In this document: positions 29,875 to 39,944 of the stretch, one piece after another
Numbering within the stretch: the first letter of the stretch is position 1
Layout of the letters: the number at the start of each line of letters is the position of its first letter
From: an uncultured Methanosarcinaceae archaeon
GTDB lineage: Archaea > Halobacteriota > Methanosarcinia > Methanosarcinales > Methanosarcinaceae
Assembly: GCA_963847185.1 (NCBI GenBank)
Contig: CAWJYV010000008.1
Location: 256,001-320,000, forward strand
Direction: 5' to 3'
DNA: 64,000 nucleotides
Translations under genes and position numbers: made by a program
Notes under the pieces: generated by a model
What the model was told of the DNA's origin: nothing
The model's database searches: none
Seen by the model: the letters and a program-made list of their open reading frames with translations, nothing else

Positions 29875-30090
29875 GAAGGATGAAGGCAAACTCTACTCTT
29901 CCTCTGAGTATTGTCAATTTTTCTTTAATTTATAAATCATTTTCAAAAACAGCAATGTAACTATAAGATAGAATATACCTTAAGAGTAGCCATTATTTCA
30001 GTAGTCCCTATCATCATAAGCCTTCATCTTATTACAGATTTAACTCTATTTAACACATTTCAAAAATATAAATTCTCAGGAGAACTCATT

Positions 30091-30837
30091 ATGGAGCTCA
30101 AAAATAAGATTGAGAGCATTATCAGAGCTGTCTCTTCAAATCCTGATACTGAGACACGATTCCGTGAAACACTTGTCGGTTTTGCTTCGGCTGACGATCC
30201 TATCTTCAATGATATGAAAGTAATTATTGGCCCGCATCAGATGCACCCTAAGGAGATCTTTCTCGGAGTAAAAACCGTTGTTTCCTTCTTCCTGCCTTTC
30301 GAAAAAGAACTTGTTAAACTGAACTGGAAATCTCCTGATCCGGTAAAGGAATGGATTCAGGCTAAGGGTGAAACAGATCGCTTGATAGAAACTATCAATG
30401 AAAAACTCAAAGTTGAGCTGGCAAAAGCCGGAGTTTCGGCAGTTGTGCCCGAAATTATTTTTGATTATAAGAATAAGGGCTTTGATGTTGCCTGGTCTCA
30501 TAAGAGCGCGGCTTATGCTGCCGGGCTTGGTACTTTTGGTGTGCACCATATGTTAATTACTAAGGCAGGGTGTGCAGGCCGTTTTGGAACGCTCCTTATT
30601 TCTGCCGAAATCCTGCCTACTCTACGTCCAAGCGAGGAATTCTGCCGTTACAAAAAAGGAGAGAAATGCCTTGTCTGTGTGGACAGGTGTCCTGCTAGGG
30701 CTCTTAGTGCAAAAGGGCTTGATAAGGAAAAGTGCTTCACGTTGCTTCAGAAGAATGCAAAATCCTTTTCTGATCTCAATAATCAATATGCGTGTGGGAA
30801 ATGTGCTACCGGACCCTGTGCTCTCATATCTCGCTGA
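30091..30837 (+). CDS. QueG/epoxyqueuosine-reductase-like 4Fe-4S protein
   Basis: GFASADDP, WSHKSAAYAAGLGTFG, GCAGRFG, CxxxxxxxCxxCxxxCP, CGKC. Confidence 0.75.
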   Translation: MELKNKIESIIRAVSSNPDTETRFRETLVGFASADDPIFNDMKVIIGPHQMHPKEIFLGVKTVVSFFLPFEKELVKLNWKSPDPVKEWIQAKGETDRLIETINEKLKVELAKAGVSAVVPEIIFDYKNKGFDVAWSHKSAAYAAGLGTFGVHHMLITKAGCAGRFGTLLISAEILPTLRPSEEFCRYKKGEKCLVCVDRCPARALSAKGLDKEKCFTLLQKNAKSFSDLNNQYACGKCATGPCALISR

Positions 30838-30951
30838 AGAGGAGGAAGCTTTTCCTTTTTTACAGGAATATTTCGCTAGAAGTCTCTCTTTCGCCACTTA
30901 TTTATTATCTTTTTTCTGCTAGCATTCTATTAAACAAGTTTTTCATGTTTG

Positions 30952-31857
30952 TTACTTCGCCTCCGAGATATTTTCAGATACATTTATCCAGAGACGGAGA
31001 TCCCTGTATGGTATATCTCTATCTGTTTCTTTGAAGAGCAGGAACTCAAGATTCATATTAGTTCCTTCAAAGGGAGGGGTGATCGTGACTGGCTTTTCCC
31101 AGGTCTCATTATGAGCAAGTGTTACTTGTTTTAAGTTTTCTGGCAGGGAAGCATTTTCAATTTTTATTTCCAGCGTGTAATTTACGGGCCTATACTCATG
31201 ATTTACAATCCCCACTACTACGGTTCCGTTTTGTCCAATTATGTATTCTGTTGGGTAGTTGTCGGCTTTACCTTCAGGTCCGAGAATATAGAATTCGGTA
31301 AAGGGATCTAAAGACTCTGCAATTTTCAGCATTTCGGTTTTTTCAAGAGATCCTCTCAGAGTTATTTCAACTCCTTCAAGTTCCAACTGCAGTGCCTTCA
31401 GATCTCCTTGTGCATCCAGGTATTTTCCATCCCTACCATTGATACTTATCTTTTCGGCCGATTCCATGAGATTATTCTCTTCAGGCTCGCTTGGGTAGAT
31501 CGTTATTTCAGCTCTCCCAAATCCCCATTTACTTTCATAAACTGTTTCCTTTATCCGTAAGCTTTCGTTCCCTTTTTGATAATTAAGGATAACTATTCTA
31601 GCATCCTGGCCTTCAGGGGTCACATCGTTGTTATCGTATACAATCGAATAATTGAAAGCGTATCCTTCAGGCAGGTACTCTGGAGTTATAATTTCAAAGC
31701 CGGCTTCCTTTCTGGCTTCTTCAAGGCTAAGTTTTTCAGGGAGTTTGGAATCCTCTTTAGGGTTTAGAGTTTCTGGACTCAGTCCTTCTTCGCATCCCGA
31801 TACAAAAACAGCCAGGCTTATCAAAACTAATATGAATCCCACTGTAACATATTTCAT
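30952..31857 (-). CDS. Lipoprotein with DUF4367-like and C-terminal DUF1616-like domains
   Basis: Lipobox VFVSGC; PEYLPEGY; FTEFYILGPEGKADNYP...GIVNHE...YRDLRLWINV. Confidence 0.75.
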   Translation of the reverse strand: MKYVTVGFILVLISLAVFVSGCEEGLSPETLNPKEDSKLPEKLSLEEARKEAGFEIITPEYLPEGYAFNYSIVYDNNDVTPEGQDARIVILNYQKGNESLRIKETVYESKWGFGRAEITIYPSEPEENNLMESAEKISINGRDGKYLDAQGDLKALQLELEGVEITLRGSLEKTEMLKIAESLDPFTEFYILGPEGKADNYPTEYIIGQNGTVVVGIVNHEYRPVNYTLEIKIENASLPENLKQVTLAHNETWEKPVTITPPFEGTNMNLEFLLFKETDRDIPYRDLRLWINVSENISEAK

Positions 31858-31977
31858 TTTCTATCAGCGGTCTTTTCTCTTTCATTAATTTACAATGTTT
31901 GGATATACTTTCTCACATCTTAATATACTTTTTCAAATGTGCATAATCTGAAATACGAAAAAAACCGAGTGATACTT

Positions 31978-32766
31978 ATGCCCTTAATTTCTCTGACCAC
32001 AGATTTTGGAGATCTTTATCCTGCAGCCATGAAAGCCGTGATCCTGGGGATTAACCCTGATGCTCAAATTATTGACGTAACTCATTCTATCAGGAGGGCA
32101 TCAATTCGTGAAGGGGCTTTTGCTCTTTACTCTTTAGCTCCCTATTTTCCGGCAAAGGCCGTGCATATTGGCGTTGTTGATCCAGGAGTAGGGACTTCTC
32201 GTCGAGCGCTTGCCATAAAAGCCGGAGAACCGGGTCAGGAGCAATTTTTTGTTGGCCCTGACAACGGGCTTCTAATCCCTGCTGCCCGCCTGCTGGGGGA
32301 AATGGAAGTATACGAGATCACAAACAAAGATCTGATGCTCAAATCAAGGGTATCTGCAACATTTCACGGTAGGGATATTTTTGCACCCGTGGGAGCTTAT
32401 CTTTCAAAAGGTATCTCTATCAAAGAAGCAGGACCTCAAATCTCAGATTTTGTAGATCTTGACTTTGGAAGTTTTGGAATTGACGGGCCTTTTCTTGTAG
32501 GGGAAGTTGTTTTTGCGGACAGCTTCGGAAATGTTATTACCAATATTCCGGAAGATGTAATTTTTAAGTTCTCCACTTTCGGTTCTCATGTTGAAGTTAA
32601 TGGCAGAACCGTTTCCTTTGTTCAGACTTACGGCTTTGCCGGGAAGGAAAGGCCTCTTGTTCTCATAGGCAGCCATGGTTTTCTTGAAATTGCAGTGAAT
32701 AAAGGAAATGCTGCGCTTCAGTTCGGCCTGAAAAGCGGAGATAAGGTTGCAATAAAAATCATGTGA
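31978..32766 (+). CDS. SAM hydroxide adenosyltransferase / halogenase-like protein (DUF62)
   Basis: SLTTDFG, VVDPGVGT, VGPDNG, TFHGRDIFAP, DSFGNVITN, LEIAVN. Confidence 0.9.
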   Translation: MPLISLTTDFGDLYPAAMKAVILGINPDAQIIDVTHSIRRASIREGAFALYSLAPYFPAKAVHIGVVDPGVGTSRRALAIKAGEPGQEQFFVGPDNGLLIPAARLLGEMEVYEITNKDLMLKSRVSATFHGRDIFAPVGAYLSKGISIKEAGPQISDFVDLDFGSFGIDGPFLVGEVVFADSFGNVITNIPEDVIFKFSTFGSHVEVNGRTVSFVQTYGFAGKERPLVLIGSHGFLEIAVNKGNAALQFGLKSGDKVAIKIM

Positions 32767-32937
32767 AAAGCTGTTTCAACAGGTTTGAAAATCTAAAGCC
32801 ATCTGTTATATCCTCTTTAAATTCTGGTTTCTTTTTTATTAGAGTCTAATTTTTAACTGTTCTTTCCCAGAAGTCCATCCGGGATTCGGTTAGCGGAATT
32901 TTTATATAATTATTTGAGTACAAGCAGTCTGTTAAGA

Positions 32938-34416
32938 ATGAAACTGACTAATTTGAAAACTTACAAACTGGAAGTTTTCTTTATTTTTGCTCTCATAGTT
33001 TTGAGTTTCTTTACCCTTTCCGGAAATGAGGGTGCAGGTAGTTCTGCTACAAGTCAGAGTACTTTCTGGCTTCCCTCTGCAGTAATGCAATCAGTAGCTG
33101 CATTATATGGCGTATTTATTGCCATCTTTATATTATCCTTGCAGAATAATAAAGACAGCATAAATTCGATAGCCAACCAGATAAAACCAACTCTTAAGAT
33201 TGTATCGTATACGGCAGCCGGTACTATCTATTTTAATGGCCTGATATTAATTGTCTTTAGTCTTGGCTCTTTTTCCGAAACTAAAATGAAATTTTTGCTA
33301 TCGTTTTCTCTTGTTTCAATGGTCCTATCTCTTATAGCCATTGTGTATTCTTCCATGGTTCTATTAAGCGATGTTTCAGGTTTAAAAACGTCTTCAGAAA
33401 AATATTCCTATATTTCAAATCTCCTTAAAGAACAGGACGGAAATCAATCAAATCCGACTAAACAAAATAGCAGAGATATAGACTTCTGTATTAATTCTAT
33501 TGATGACGAAAATCCGGACGTTCGAAAAATTGCAACCGAAGCTCTGGGACAATTTGGAGGTCGGAGAGCTGAAGATGCACTTCTTAGCCTTCTTGAAGAC
33601 AATAGTCCTGGAGTAAAAATAACTGCAGTCAGAATCCTTGGAAGGATAGGAACTGAAAACTCCGTAGAACCTCTAATTAGACGATTGGCTGCAGATAAAG
33701 ATCCTATACTTAGAACATGTGTTATAGAGACTCTTGGAAATCTAAATGATATGCGGGCAATTGAACCTTTAATCAAAAGTCTGGATGACAAAAATTCTGA
33801 AGTAAAGATAGCTTCAGCCCGTTCTCTGGGAATTCTGGGTGATGAAAGGGCTGAAGATGCCCTCATTACCAGGTTGAATAAAGGCTCCTTAGAGTTTCAG
33901 AAGCAGGTGATATTATCTCTTGGAAGAATAGGAGATAAAAAAGCTGTTGATATCCTTATCCACAAACTGGAAGATAAATTTCCTGAAATTCGAAAATGTG
34001 CTGCTGAATCCCTCGGAAAGCTTGAAGATATACAGGCAATAGATCCGCTCCTCAGATGTTTCGAAGATAAAAATCCCGATGTAAGAAACGCTGCGGCATA
34101 CTCTCTTGGAATCCTCAAAACTGACAAAGCAGTTGACGCTTTGATAGGAATGCTAAAAGAACAGGATCCGGAACTCCGGATTACTGCGGTTTATGCCCTT
34201 GGCAGCATAGGCAGTCGAAAGTCCTTTAATGCTCTTCTTGAAATTCTGGGTGACGGTAACCCCTGGGTAAGGCGGTATGCTGCCGAAGCCCTCGGTAAAA
34301 TCGGAGATCAAAAGGCAACAGCTCCTCTGATCAAAAATTTAAGCGATCCTGACTCCGAAGTCAGGTGGGCTACAGCCGAAGCTTTAAGGATGCTGGACCC
34401 GCAAAAAACAGGTTGA
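32938..34416 (+). CDS. Membrane-anchored HEAT (PBS-lyase-like) repeat protein
   Basis: About four N-terminal TM segments, then ~9-10 repeats of L.D....VR..AA.ALG.IG. Confidence 0.88.
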   Translation: MKLTNLKTYKLEVFFIFALIVLSFFTLSGNEGAGSSATSQSTFWLPSAVMQSVAALYGVFIAIFILSLQNNKDSINSIANQIKPTLKIVSYTAAGTIYFNGLILIVFSLGSFSETKMKFLLSFSLVSMVLSLIAIVYSSMVLLSDVSGLKTSSEKYSYISNLLKEQDGNQSNPTKQNSRDIDFCINSIDDENPDVRKIATEALGQFGGRRAEDALLSLLEDNSPGVKITAVRILGRIGTENSVEPLIRRLAADKDPILRTCVIETLGNLNDMRAIEPLIKSLDDKNSEVKIASARSLGILGDERAEDALITRLNKGSLEFQKQVILSLGRIGDKKAVDILIHKLEDKFPEIRKCAAESLGKLEDIQAIDPLLRCFEDKNPDVRNAAAYSLGILKTDKAVDALIGMLKEQDPELRITAVYALGSIGSRKSFNALLEILGDGNPWVRRYAAEALGKIGDQKATAPLIKNLSDPDSEVRWATAEALRMLDPQKTG

Positions 34417-34620
34417 AAAAGAACATAAAAAGAGTATTTTGAGTTGTAATTCTTTTTTCAGGTATAAAGTAAGTCTTTGAGTTTTTTTATCCCAGATTTT
34501 GGCTTCTTTATCTAGAAGCCATCCTGTTTTTTTCAAAGTGAATTTTAATAATTGACTCCCTACTAAATCCGCTAGAGCAAGCGATAAGTGATTTTACCTT
34601 ATTTCTCATAAATCAGTCCT

Positions 34621-34688
34621 TTGAACGGAAAGAATTGAACGAGCGAAGCGAGAAAACGACCCCGTGATCCCGAATCGCAATTCGGGTG
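34621..34688. repeat. Short GC-rich structured intergenic element (REP/MITE-like)
   Basis: GAGCGAAGCGAG (GCGAAGC mini-hairpin, 34643-34649) plus hairpin CCCGAAT-CGCA-ATTCGGG (34669-34686) abutting a stop codon; one copy in this window. Confidence 0.5.
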
Positions 34689-35681
34689 TTACATCCATTC
34701 ATAATTCATCAAAACTTCGGGATTAAGGCTTTGCATCAAACTGTTCTCCGTATACCCGAAAAAGAGGCAGCCTTTGCAATCTTTGACGATTTCTCTTCTG
34801 CGCTCTTCAGAGTTCCTCCAGACACTCTCAAAACCATCCCATATGACGTTTCCAAGGGGTTCGTTCTGTACACGGCATGTTTCAAGAGTGCCATCGTGGA
34901 TAACATTCATAATAATTCCGCTAGCCCTGCATATATAGTCCATCTTTCCATCTCTGACCATTCCAAGATAGGTTTTGGAATTGATAATCGGATAACCCTC
35001 TTCTTTAAGTTCGATTATGCGGTCAACTGTGCTACGTAACTTTTCCTTATCATGGATTCCTATCTCATTCCAGACTTCCTCACTGATCCCCGGGAATCTA
35101 TGGACAGGTTCAAAAGAGATTTTTACTTCCAATTTTTTTGCAAGCAAAATGAGGGTCTCAACATCATCAAGATTCTTCCCCGTTAGCACGCAGTTCATGA
35201 GAATAGGATTCTTTTTTTTCTGGAGTTTTCTGACTTCAATAGCTTTATTTAAGCCTTTTAACAGGGTTTCAAAATCCATATTTCGAATTTCTTTATAACT
35301 TCTTACTCCGTCTACGGAAACCGAAAGGTAATCTACATCTTGAAGCTCTTCAGCTCTTTCATAGAGTAGTTTCCCATTCGTAACCATTGAAGTTATCATT
35401 CCGAGTTTTTTGGCATGGGCCATAATTTGAGGCAGGTCTTTCCGGAGGAGGGGTTCCACAGTCCAGGCATTGTATACCCCAATCCCAAATTCTTTTGCAT
35501 CATCCAACAGCTTGAATATCTCTTCTTTTGCTGGCTCTTCTCCTCCTTTTTTCCAGTAATCGCAAAAACCGCACTTCATATTGCAGTGGGTGTTCACACC
35601 ATGGGAGAGGACAAAAGGACGTTTTTGGACTCTGATCTGCCAGAGAGCCTTTGATGTAAGAATCGGATCAAAACGGGACAT
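34689..35681 (-). CDS. Radical SAM protein with C-terminal SPASM/twitch-like domain
   Basis: CNMKCGFC, EPLLRKDL, TNG, SVSVDG; C-terminal CRAS...DGTLETC...CKGC. Confidence 0.88.
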   Translation of the reverse strand: MSRFDPILTSKALWQIRVQKRPFVLSHGVNTHCNMKCGFCDYWKKGGEEPAKEEIFKLLDDAKEFGIGVYNAWTVEPLLRKDLPQIMAHAKKLGMITSMVTNGKLLYERAEELQDVDYLSVSVDGVRSYKEIRNMDFETLLKGLNKAIEVRKLQKKKNPILMNCVLTGKNLDDVETLILLAKKLEVKISFEPVHRFPGISEEVWNEIGIHDKEKLRSTVDRIIELKEEGYPIINSKTYLGMVRDGKMDYICRASGIIMNVIHDGTLETCRVQNEPLGNVIWDGFESVWRNSEERRREIVKDCKGCLFFGYTENSLMQSLNPEVLMNYEWM

Positions 35682-35978
35682 AAGAATCGCTTATCTGTTT
35701 TAGTAAAAAACCTTTACATTATAAATAAATTCATCTTATTTATGAGTTTTTTGCTATATCTTTTTTACATTCTAAAGTATATGAAGTACGTTATTATAAA
35801 TATATTTAATGACTGGTTTTTGAAAAGTAATGGTTGACTCTTTAGGTACATAGAGCGCAAAATTTATGCAAATAAAAAATAGCCGCAAAGCCATTAGCTT
35901 TATCGAATGCTTAAAAATTAGATTAAAAAAAGAATGCTCGCCATAAGAGACGAGCTTTAATTAGTTACGTATGTGTAT

Positions 35979-36290
35979 TTATCCGAAGAGGGCGCCGAGA
36001 CCGGCCATTCCATCTTCTTCAGAGGTGTCTTCTTCTTCCTCTTCTTCTGCGGCAGGAGCTTCTGCTGCTGCGGGTGCGGCTGCTGCGGGTGCGGCTGCTG
36101 CTGCTGGAGCTGCAAATGCTGCCTTTGCGATTGCTTCTTCGATGTCTACGCCTTCAAGGGCTGCGACAAGGGCCTTTGCCCTGGCTTCGTTAACTTCGAT
36201 ACCAGCTGCCTGAAGAACGGCAGTGATTGCTTCTTCGGTAATTGCTTTACCAGCGTTGTGCAATAAGAGAGCTGCATATATGTATTCCAT
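35979..36290 (-). CDS. rpl12: Ribosomal stalk protein P1/aL12
   Basis: [11 protein letters not shown], Ala-rich hinge, acidic tail, GLGALFG. Confidence 0.97.
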   Translation of the reverse strand: MEYIYAALLLHNAGKAITEEAITAVLQAAGIEVNEARAKALVAALEGVDIEEAIAKAAFAAPAAAAAPAAAAPAAAEAPAAEEEEEEDTSEEDGMAGLGALFG

Positions 36291-36326
36291 TGTTAATCAC
36301 CTAAATTTCAATTAGCGTAAATTTGT

Positions 36327-37370
36327 TTATCCGAAAAGGGCACCGAGACCGGCCATTCCATCTTCTTCGCCGTGGTCCTCTTCTTCCTCTTCTGCTTCTT
36401 CTTCCTTTACTTCTTCTTTCTTCTCAGTAGTTGTGGTTGCTGCGGCTGCTGCTGCGCTTGCTGCAGCCCCCAGAATTTCTCTCAAACCGTCATCTACGGC
36501 GTTTGCATCCTTATCTGCGGCTTTGGATGCAACGGATGTCATCTGGATATGAGCTTTCGCCAGCAGGGCATCCATGACTCCTGAATCAAACACAACAGCA
36601 TTGACACCAAGGTTCTTTGATTCTGCAAAGGCTTTTGCCAGCAGAGTGCCGATTGTTGCGCTTGTCGGGTATGCGGTGTTGACAGAGAGATTGAAAGCAT
36701 TCTGAGTTGCCCTGATAATATCAGAGAAGTATTGGCTTTCATCGATTGCAAGGAGTTCCGGCTCGTAAATAGTCCCTTCATCGTAGGCGGCTCTTAAGTT
36801 CAGTCCTACAATAAGAGGGTATATTTCCAGCTTTGTAAGCATGGTTGCGAGCTTCTGAGGGACTGCCTCACCTGCTTTACAGACAACCTTCGTTTCCTTT
36901 ACCGCGACTTTCCCTGCTTCTATTGAGGCGGGAATCCCTGCGCTCTGGAGGTCTCCGAGAATCGGGCCAGGCGGGAAACTGGTTGGCCCCTTCTGAACTA
37001 TAATGTCCACAGGAGCTATTGCGCCTCCTCTAATAGGAGACGGAGTTTTTGTCTGTTCAAGCAGCTTGTAAAGCTTGAAGGGATTTTCATTGGTGAATAC
37101 CAGAGCGGTCTGCTTGTCAAGGTATTTATTCATCTCGGGGATGCTTTCTCCGAGTTGATTTAAAGCCCGCTCTGTGAGGGTGTTTCTGGAGACTTTAAGC
37201 ACAGCAACGTCTTTAAGGTCACGGCGAATCTTCTGGATCTTGGTTGCAAGAATACCTTCGATTCCTACCATCCCGAAAACCTTGTGAGACTGAATGAGTT
37301 CCTTTATGTTCTCTATCTCATCCTTTTTCCACTGTGGAACATGCTCGGTGTGATGCATTTCTGCTGCCAT
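36327..37370 (-). CDS. rplP0: Ribosomal protein uL10/P0
   Basis: VPQWKK, KVSRNTL, GPTSFPPGP, GLGALFG tail. Confidence 0.97.
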   Translation of the reverse strand: MAAEMHHTEHVPQWKKDEIENIKELIQSHKVFGMVGIEGILATKIQKIRRDLKDVAVLKVSRNTLTERALNQLGESIPEMNKYLDKQTALVFTNENPFKLYKLLEQTKTPSPIRGGAIAPVDIIVQKGPTSFPPGPILGDLQSAGIPASIEAGKVAVKETKVVCKAGEAVPQKLATMLTKLEIYPLIVGLNLRAAYDEGTIYEPELLAIDESQYFSDIIRATQNAFNLSVNTAYPTSATIGTLLAKAFAESKNLGVNAVVFDSGVMDALLAKAHIQMTSVASKAADKDANAVDDGLREILGAAASAAAAAATTTTEKKEEVKEEEAEEEEEDHGEEDGMAGLGALFG

Positions 37371-38012
37371 TCACATCACCCTCTGTGATTTCCCCATGGT
37401 TGTCGTAACGTAGACTGCTCTGAGGTTGTGTTTGCCCTTATCCAGGACACGCTCGAGCCTAGCCACAATAGCTTCGATGTTCTCGGCAAGATCATCGGGA
37501 TTCATATTCCTTCTACCGACAGCCACGTGGAAGGTAAGCCTGTCTTTTGACCTGAGCTTGACCGCATTTTGCTTGCTCTGGATCAATTCCCCTACATCCT
37601 TGTTAGGTAAGAGAGGAATAGGCATTTTCCCTCTAGGTCCAAGAACAATACCAAGGTTCTTACCGATTATCGGCATGAACTGGGTTTCTGCGATAAAAAG
37701 GTCACATTCATTTGCAAGAGTCCTGGCTTTATTCTTGTCAGCAACCAGTTCTTCGAGCTCAACATCAGAAATAACATACGCAGCACCGGCCGCCTTTGCT
37801 TTCAGGCCTACATCACCTTTTGCAAAAACACCGATCTTCAGTTCTTTTCCGAGCCCGTGTGGAAGAATTACTTCTTCATCGACTCTGTTCTTTGGTTGAT
37901 TCATGTCAAGATTCTTTAAGTTAATCGCCAGGTCAACGCTTTCAGAGAAATTGCGCTTTGGCGATTCTTCAAGTACTTTCTTGACAGCTTCCAGTATAGT
38001 ATTTTCTGCCAT
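37371..38012 (-). CDS. rpl1: Ribosomal protein uL1
   Basis: KRNFSESVDLAINL, LGPRGKMP, TTTMG; ATG at 38012 preceded by GGGGAGG. Confidence 0.97.
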   Translation of the reverse strand: MAENTILEAVKKVLEESPKRNFSESVDLAINLKNLDMNQPKNRVDEEVILPHGLGKELKIGVFAKGDVGLKAKAAGAAYVISDVELEELVADKNKARTLANECDLFIAETQFMPIIGKNLGIVLGPRGKMPIPLLPNKDVGELIQSKQNAVKLRSKDRLTFHVAVGRRNMNPDDLAENIEAIVARLERVLDKGKHNLRAVYVTTTMGKSQRVM

Positions 38013-38023
38013 CTTGTTCCTCC

Positions 38024-38073
38024 CCGTAGTGTTTGAACTTGACCGTCCAAGCAGCCTCTTCGGCTTACTACGG
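38024..38073 (-). promoter_or_regulatory. Putative L1-binding autoregulatory mRNA leader
   Basis: mRNA stem CCGUAGU...ACUACGG; GUAGUAAGC and CAAACACUAC resemble the 23S rRNA L1 site; 3' arm runs into the SD. Confidence 0.6.
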
Positions 38074-38250
38074 TTAGTTTTAGGGCTTCCCGTCAATCCG
38101 GACTCTGTTATTCTAACAGCAAGCCGCTAATAACTCTTTTTTATTTCTTCAGTTAAATGGTATTCAAGGCACTTGAGCTATTAGTGGTATCTAATTTAAA
38201 ACTATTGGTGTGAATAAAAACTCCGGATCTAAAGGGTAAGGTGTTAAGGC

Positions 38251-38736
38251 TTACCATTCCTCGCCTGTAAGCAAATCATCAAATTTGCCTTCATCGAGTG
38301 CTTTCTGGCAGTCCCTTGCTTTCACTCCCTCTACGGTTACGCCCATAGGGACACAGGTGCCCATTACCTCTTTCATTGTTGCTTTAAGATCGTAGGAAAG
38401 TACATCCTCCTTCTTCATACGGGCGATTTTCACGACCTGCGGGATAGTGAGGTTTCCAACAACTTCGCTTCCTGCATTTCCTGACCCCTTCTGAATCCCT
38501 AACTCTTTCATTATCAGGGATGCGGTCGGAGGAGTACCTACTTCGATCTCGACATTTTTCTTGTCGTCAACTATGACTTTCACAGGGACCTGCATTCCAT
38601 TATAGTCCCTTGTTTTTTCATTGATCTTCTCGACCACTTCTTTTATGTTAACCCCGAGAGGACCAAGTGCCGGACCTAAAGGTGGTCCAGGATTTGCTTT
38701 ACCTCCGGGGACAAGTGCTTCAACAATACTTGTCAT
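38251..38736 (-). CDS. rpl11: Ribosomal protein uL11
   Basis: GGKANPGPPLGPALGPLGVN, GTPPTA, GTCVPMGV. Confidence 0.97.
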   Translation of the reverse strand: MTSIVEALVPGGKANPGPPLGPALGPLGVNIKEVVEKINEKTRDYNGMQVPVKVIVDDKKNVEIEVGTPPTASLIMKELGIQKGSGNAGSEVVGNLTIPQVVKIARMKKEDVLSYDLKATMKEVMGTCVPMGVTVEGVKARDCQKALDEGKFDDLLTGEEW

Positions 38737-38852
38737 CTGAGTCTCACCGGTTTTAATACATATAAAGTTTGCAGATCTCTTTCAATCTGCTCTGAGTACT
38801 GGTGATTTAATTAAGCTGGAGTTTCTCTGGATTTTTTCCCATCCGATATGGC

Positions 38853-39311
38853 TTACTCATCTTCTTTTTTGAGCACCCTTACGGTATCGCCACGAATCGT
38901 GATTGGAATTGGAACCACAGCATCGAACAGTTCCACAGTAATTTCCTCATGCCCTTCGTCAACCCTTTTAACCCGGGCTTTCTCCCCTTTGAAGGGTCCT
39001 GAAGTGACCTCAATAATCGCTCCTTCCTTTATACCTGTCACTATTGGCTTCGGCTTAAGGAAGTGCTCAATTTCAGCAACTGATGAGCTGCCTTTTACAA
39101 TTGCTCTTGCATGGGGAATAGTCTGAATTGCCAGTTCTACGATTCCGGATTTAGGGGCTTCGACAAGAACATATCCTTTTAGCTCTTCAGGAGCTAGAAT
39201 TGCTCTGATGTCCAGTCTCTCCTTTTTTGCAATCCTGGCAAGTGCTGTTGCAACCGATTTTTCCTGGTTTGCCGTTGTTTTGATTACAAATATCTGGGAA
39301 TCCTCACTCAT
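38853..39311 (-). CDS. spt5: Transcription elongation factor Spt5/NusG
   Basis: [28 protein letters not shown]; ATGA overlap with the secE stop. Confidence 0.95.
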   Translation of the reverse strand: MSEDSQIFVIKTTANQEKSVATALARIAKKERLDIRAILAPEELKGYVLVEAPKSGIVELAIQTIPHARAIVKGSSSVAEIEHFLKPKPIVTGIKEGAIIEVTSGPFKGEKARVKRVDEGHEEITVELFDAVVPIPITIRGDTVRVLKKEDE

Positions 39312-39523
39312 TTGGCCACCCACTGGGGCAACATCGTCAGCAGTACATATATAATAAATCCTATTGCTCCCACAGCCAGAATGCCGACACCTGCAACTTT
39401 GGCAATGGTCAAGAATTCTTCCCTGGACGGTTTTTTTGTAAGTTTCAGGATTCTCAGGTGTTCCCGGATAGCCTGACCAACGCTTTTTTTAGTTACATTC
39501 AGTTCAAACGTGGATTCTACCAA
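39308..39523 (-). CDS. secE: Protein translocase SecE/Sec61-gamma
   Basis: [14 protein letters not shown] plus TM helix; conserved position between ftsZ and spt5. Confidence 0.93.
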   Translation of the reverse strand: MVESTFELNVTKKSVGQAIREHLRILKLTKKPSREEFLTIAKVAGVGILAVGAIGFIIYVLLTMLPQWVAK

Positions 39524-39944
39524 TCAAATCACATCCAGGTTTTCTTTACTTATTTCTTTTCTTTTGAGTCTTTCGCTCACAGCTCTTCCTTGTGCTTCCT
39601 TCTTTCGATTTTTATATAAAAATCTTCAGACTTGTATTACAGGAAGGTTTGTATTTACAGGAAGGATCGGGCGGATTATATTATTAATTCCTATTATATG
39701 AAGATATCACTGCCACGGATTAGTATACACCAGAAGATTTAGATGTCGAATTATGTTTTTCTTTATAATCCGCTATTGTGTCAGTTGATTTTTTCATTTT
39801 TGATGCCGAAGTGTATCGGCACCATACTGTATTTACCATAAAAATAGTTTTCGATTGGATTTATATTCTTACTCCTTGTTTTTACTTTAAAAGGAGGAAA
39901 ACAGTATTTTTTCCAACCGAACTTTAATCCCTTGTTCTAATTGA

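Noticed and set aside
35979-36370. Near-identical DNA at the 3' ends of rpl12 and rplP0
   Set aside because: Encodes the shared, well-known stalk C-terminus [13 protein letters not shown]
38013-38096. N-terminal extension of L1 given by the ORF track
   Set aside because: A strong SD precedes ATG 38012; the upstream segment is better explained as a structured leader
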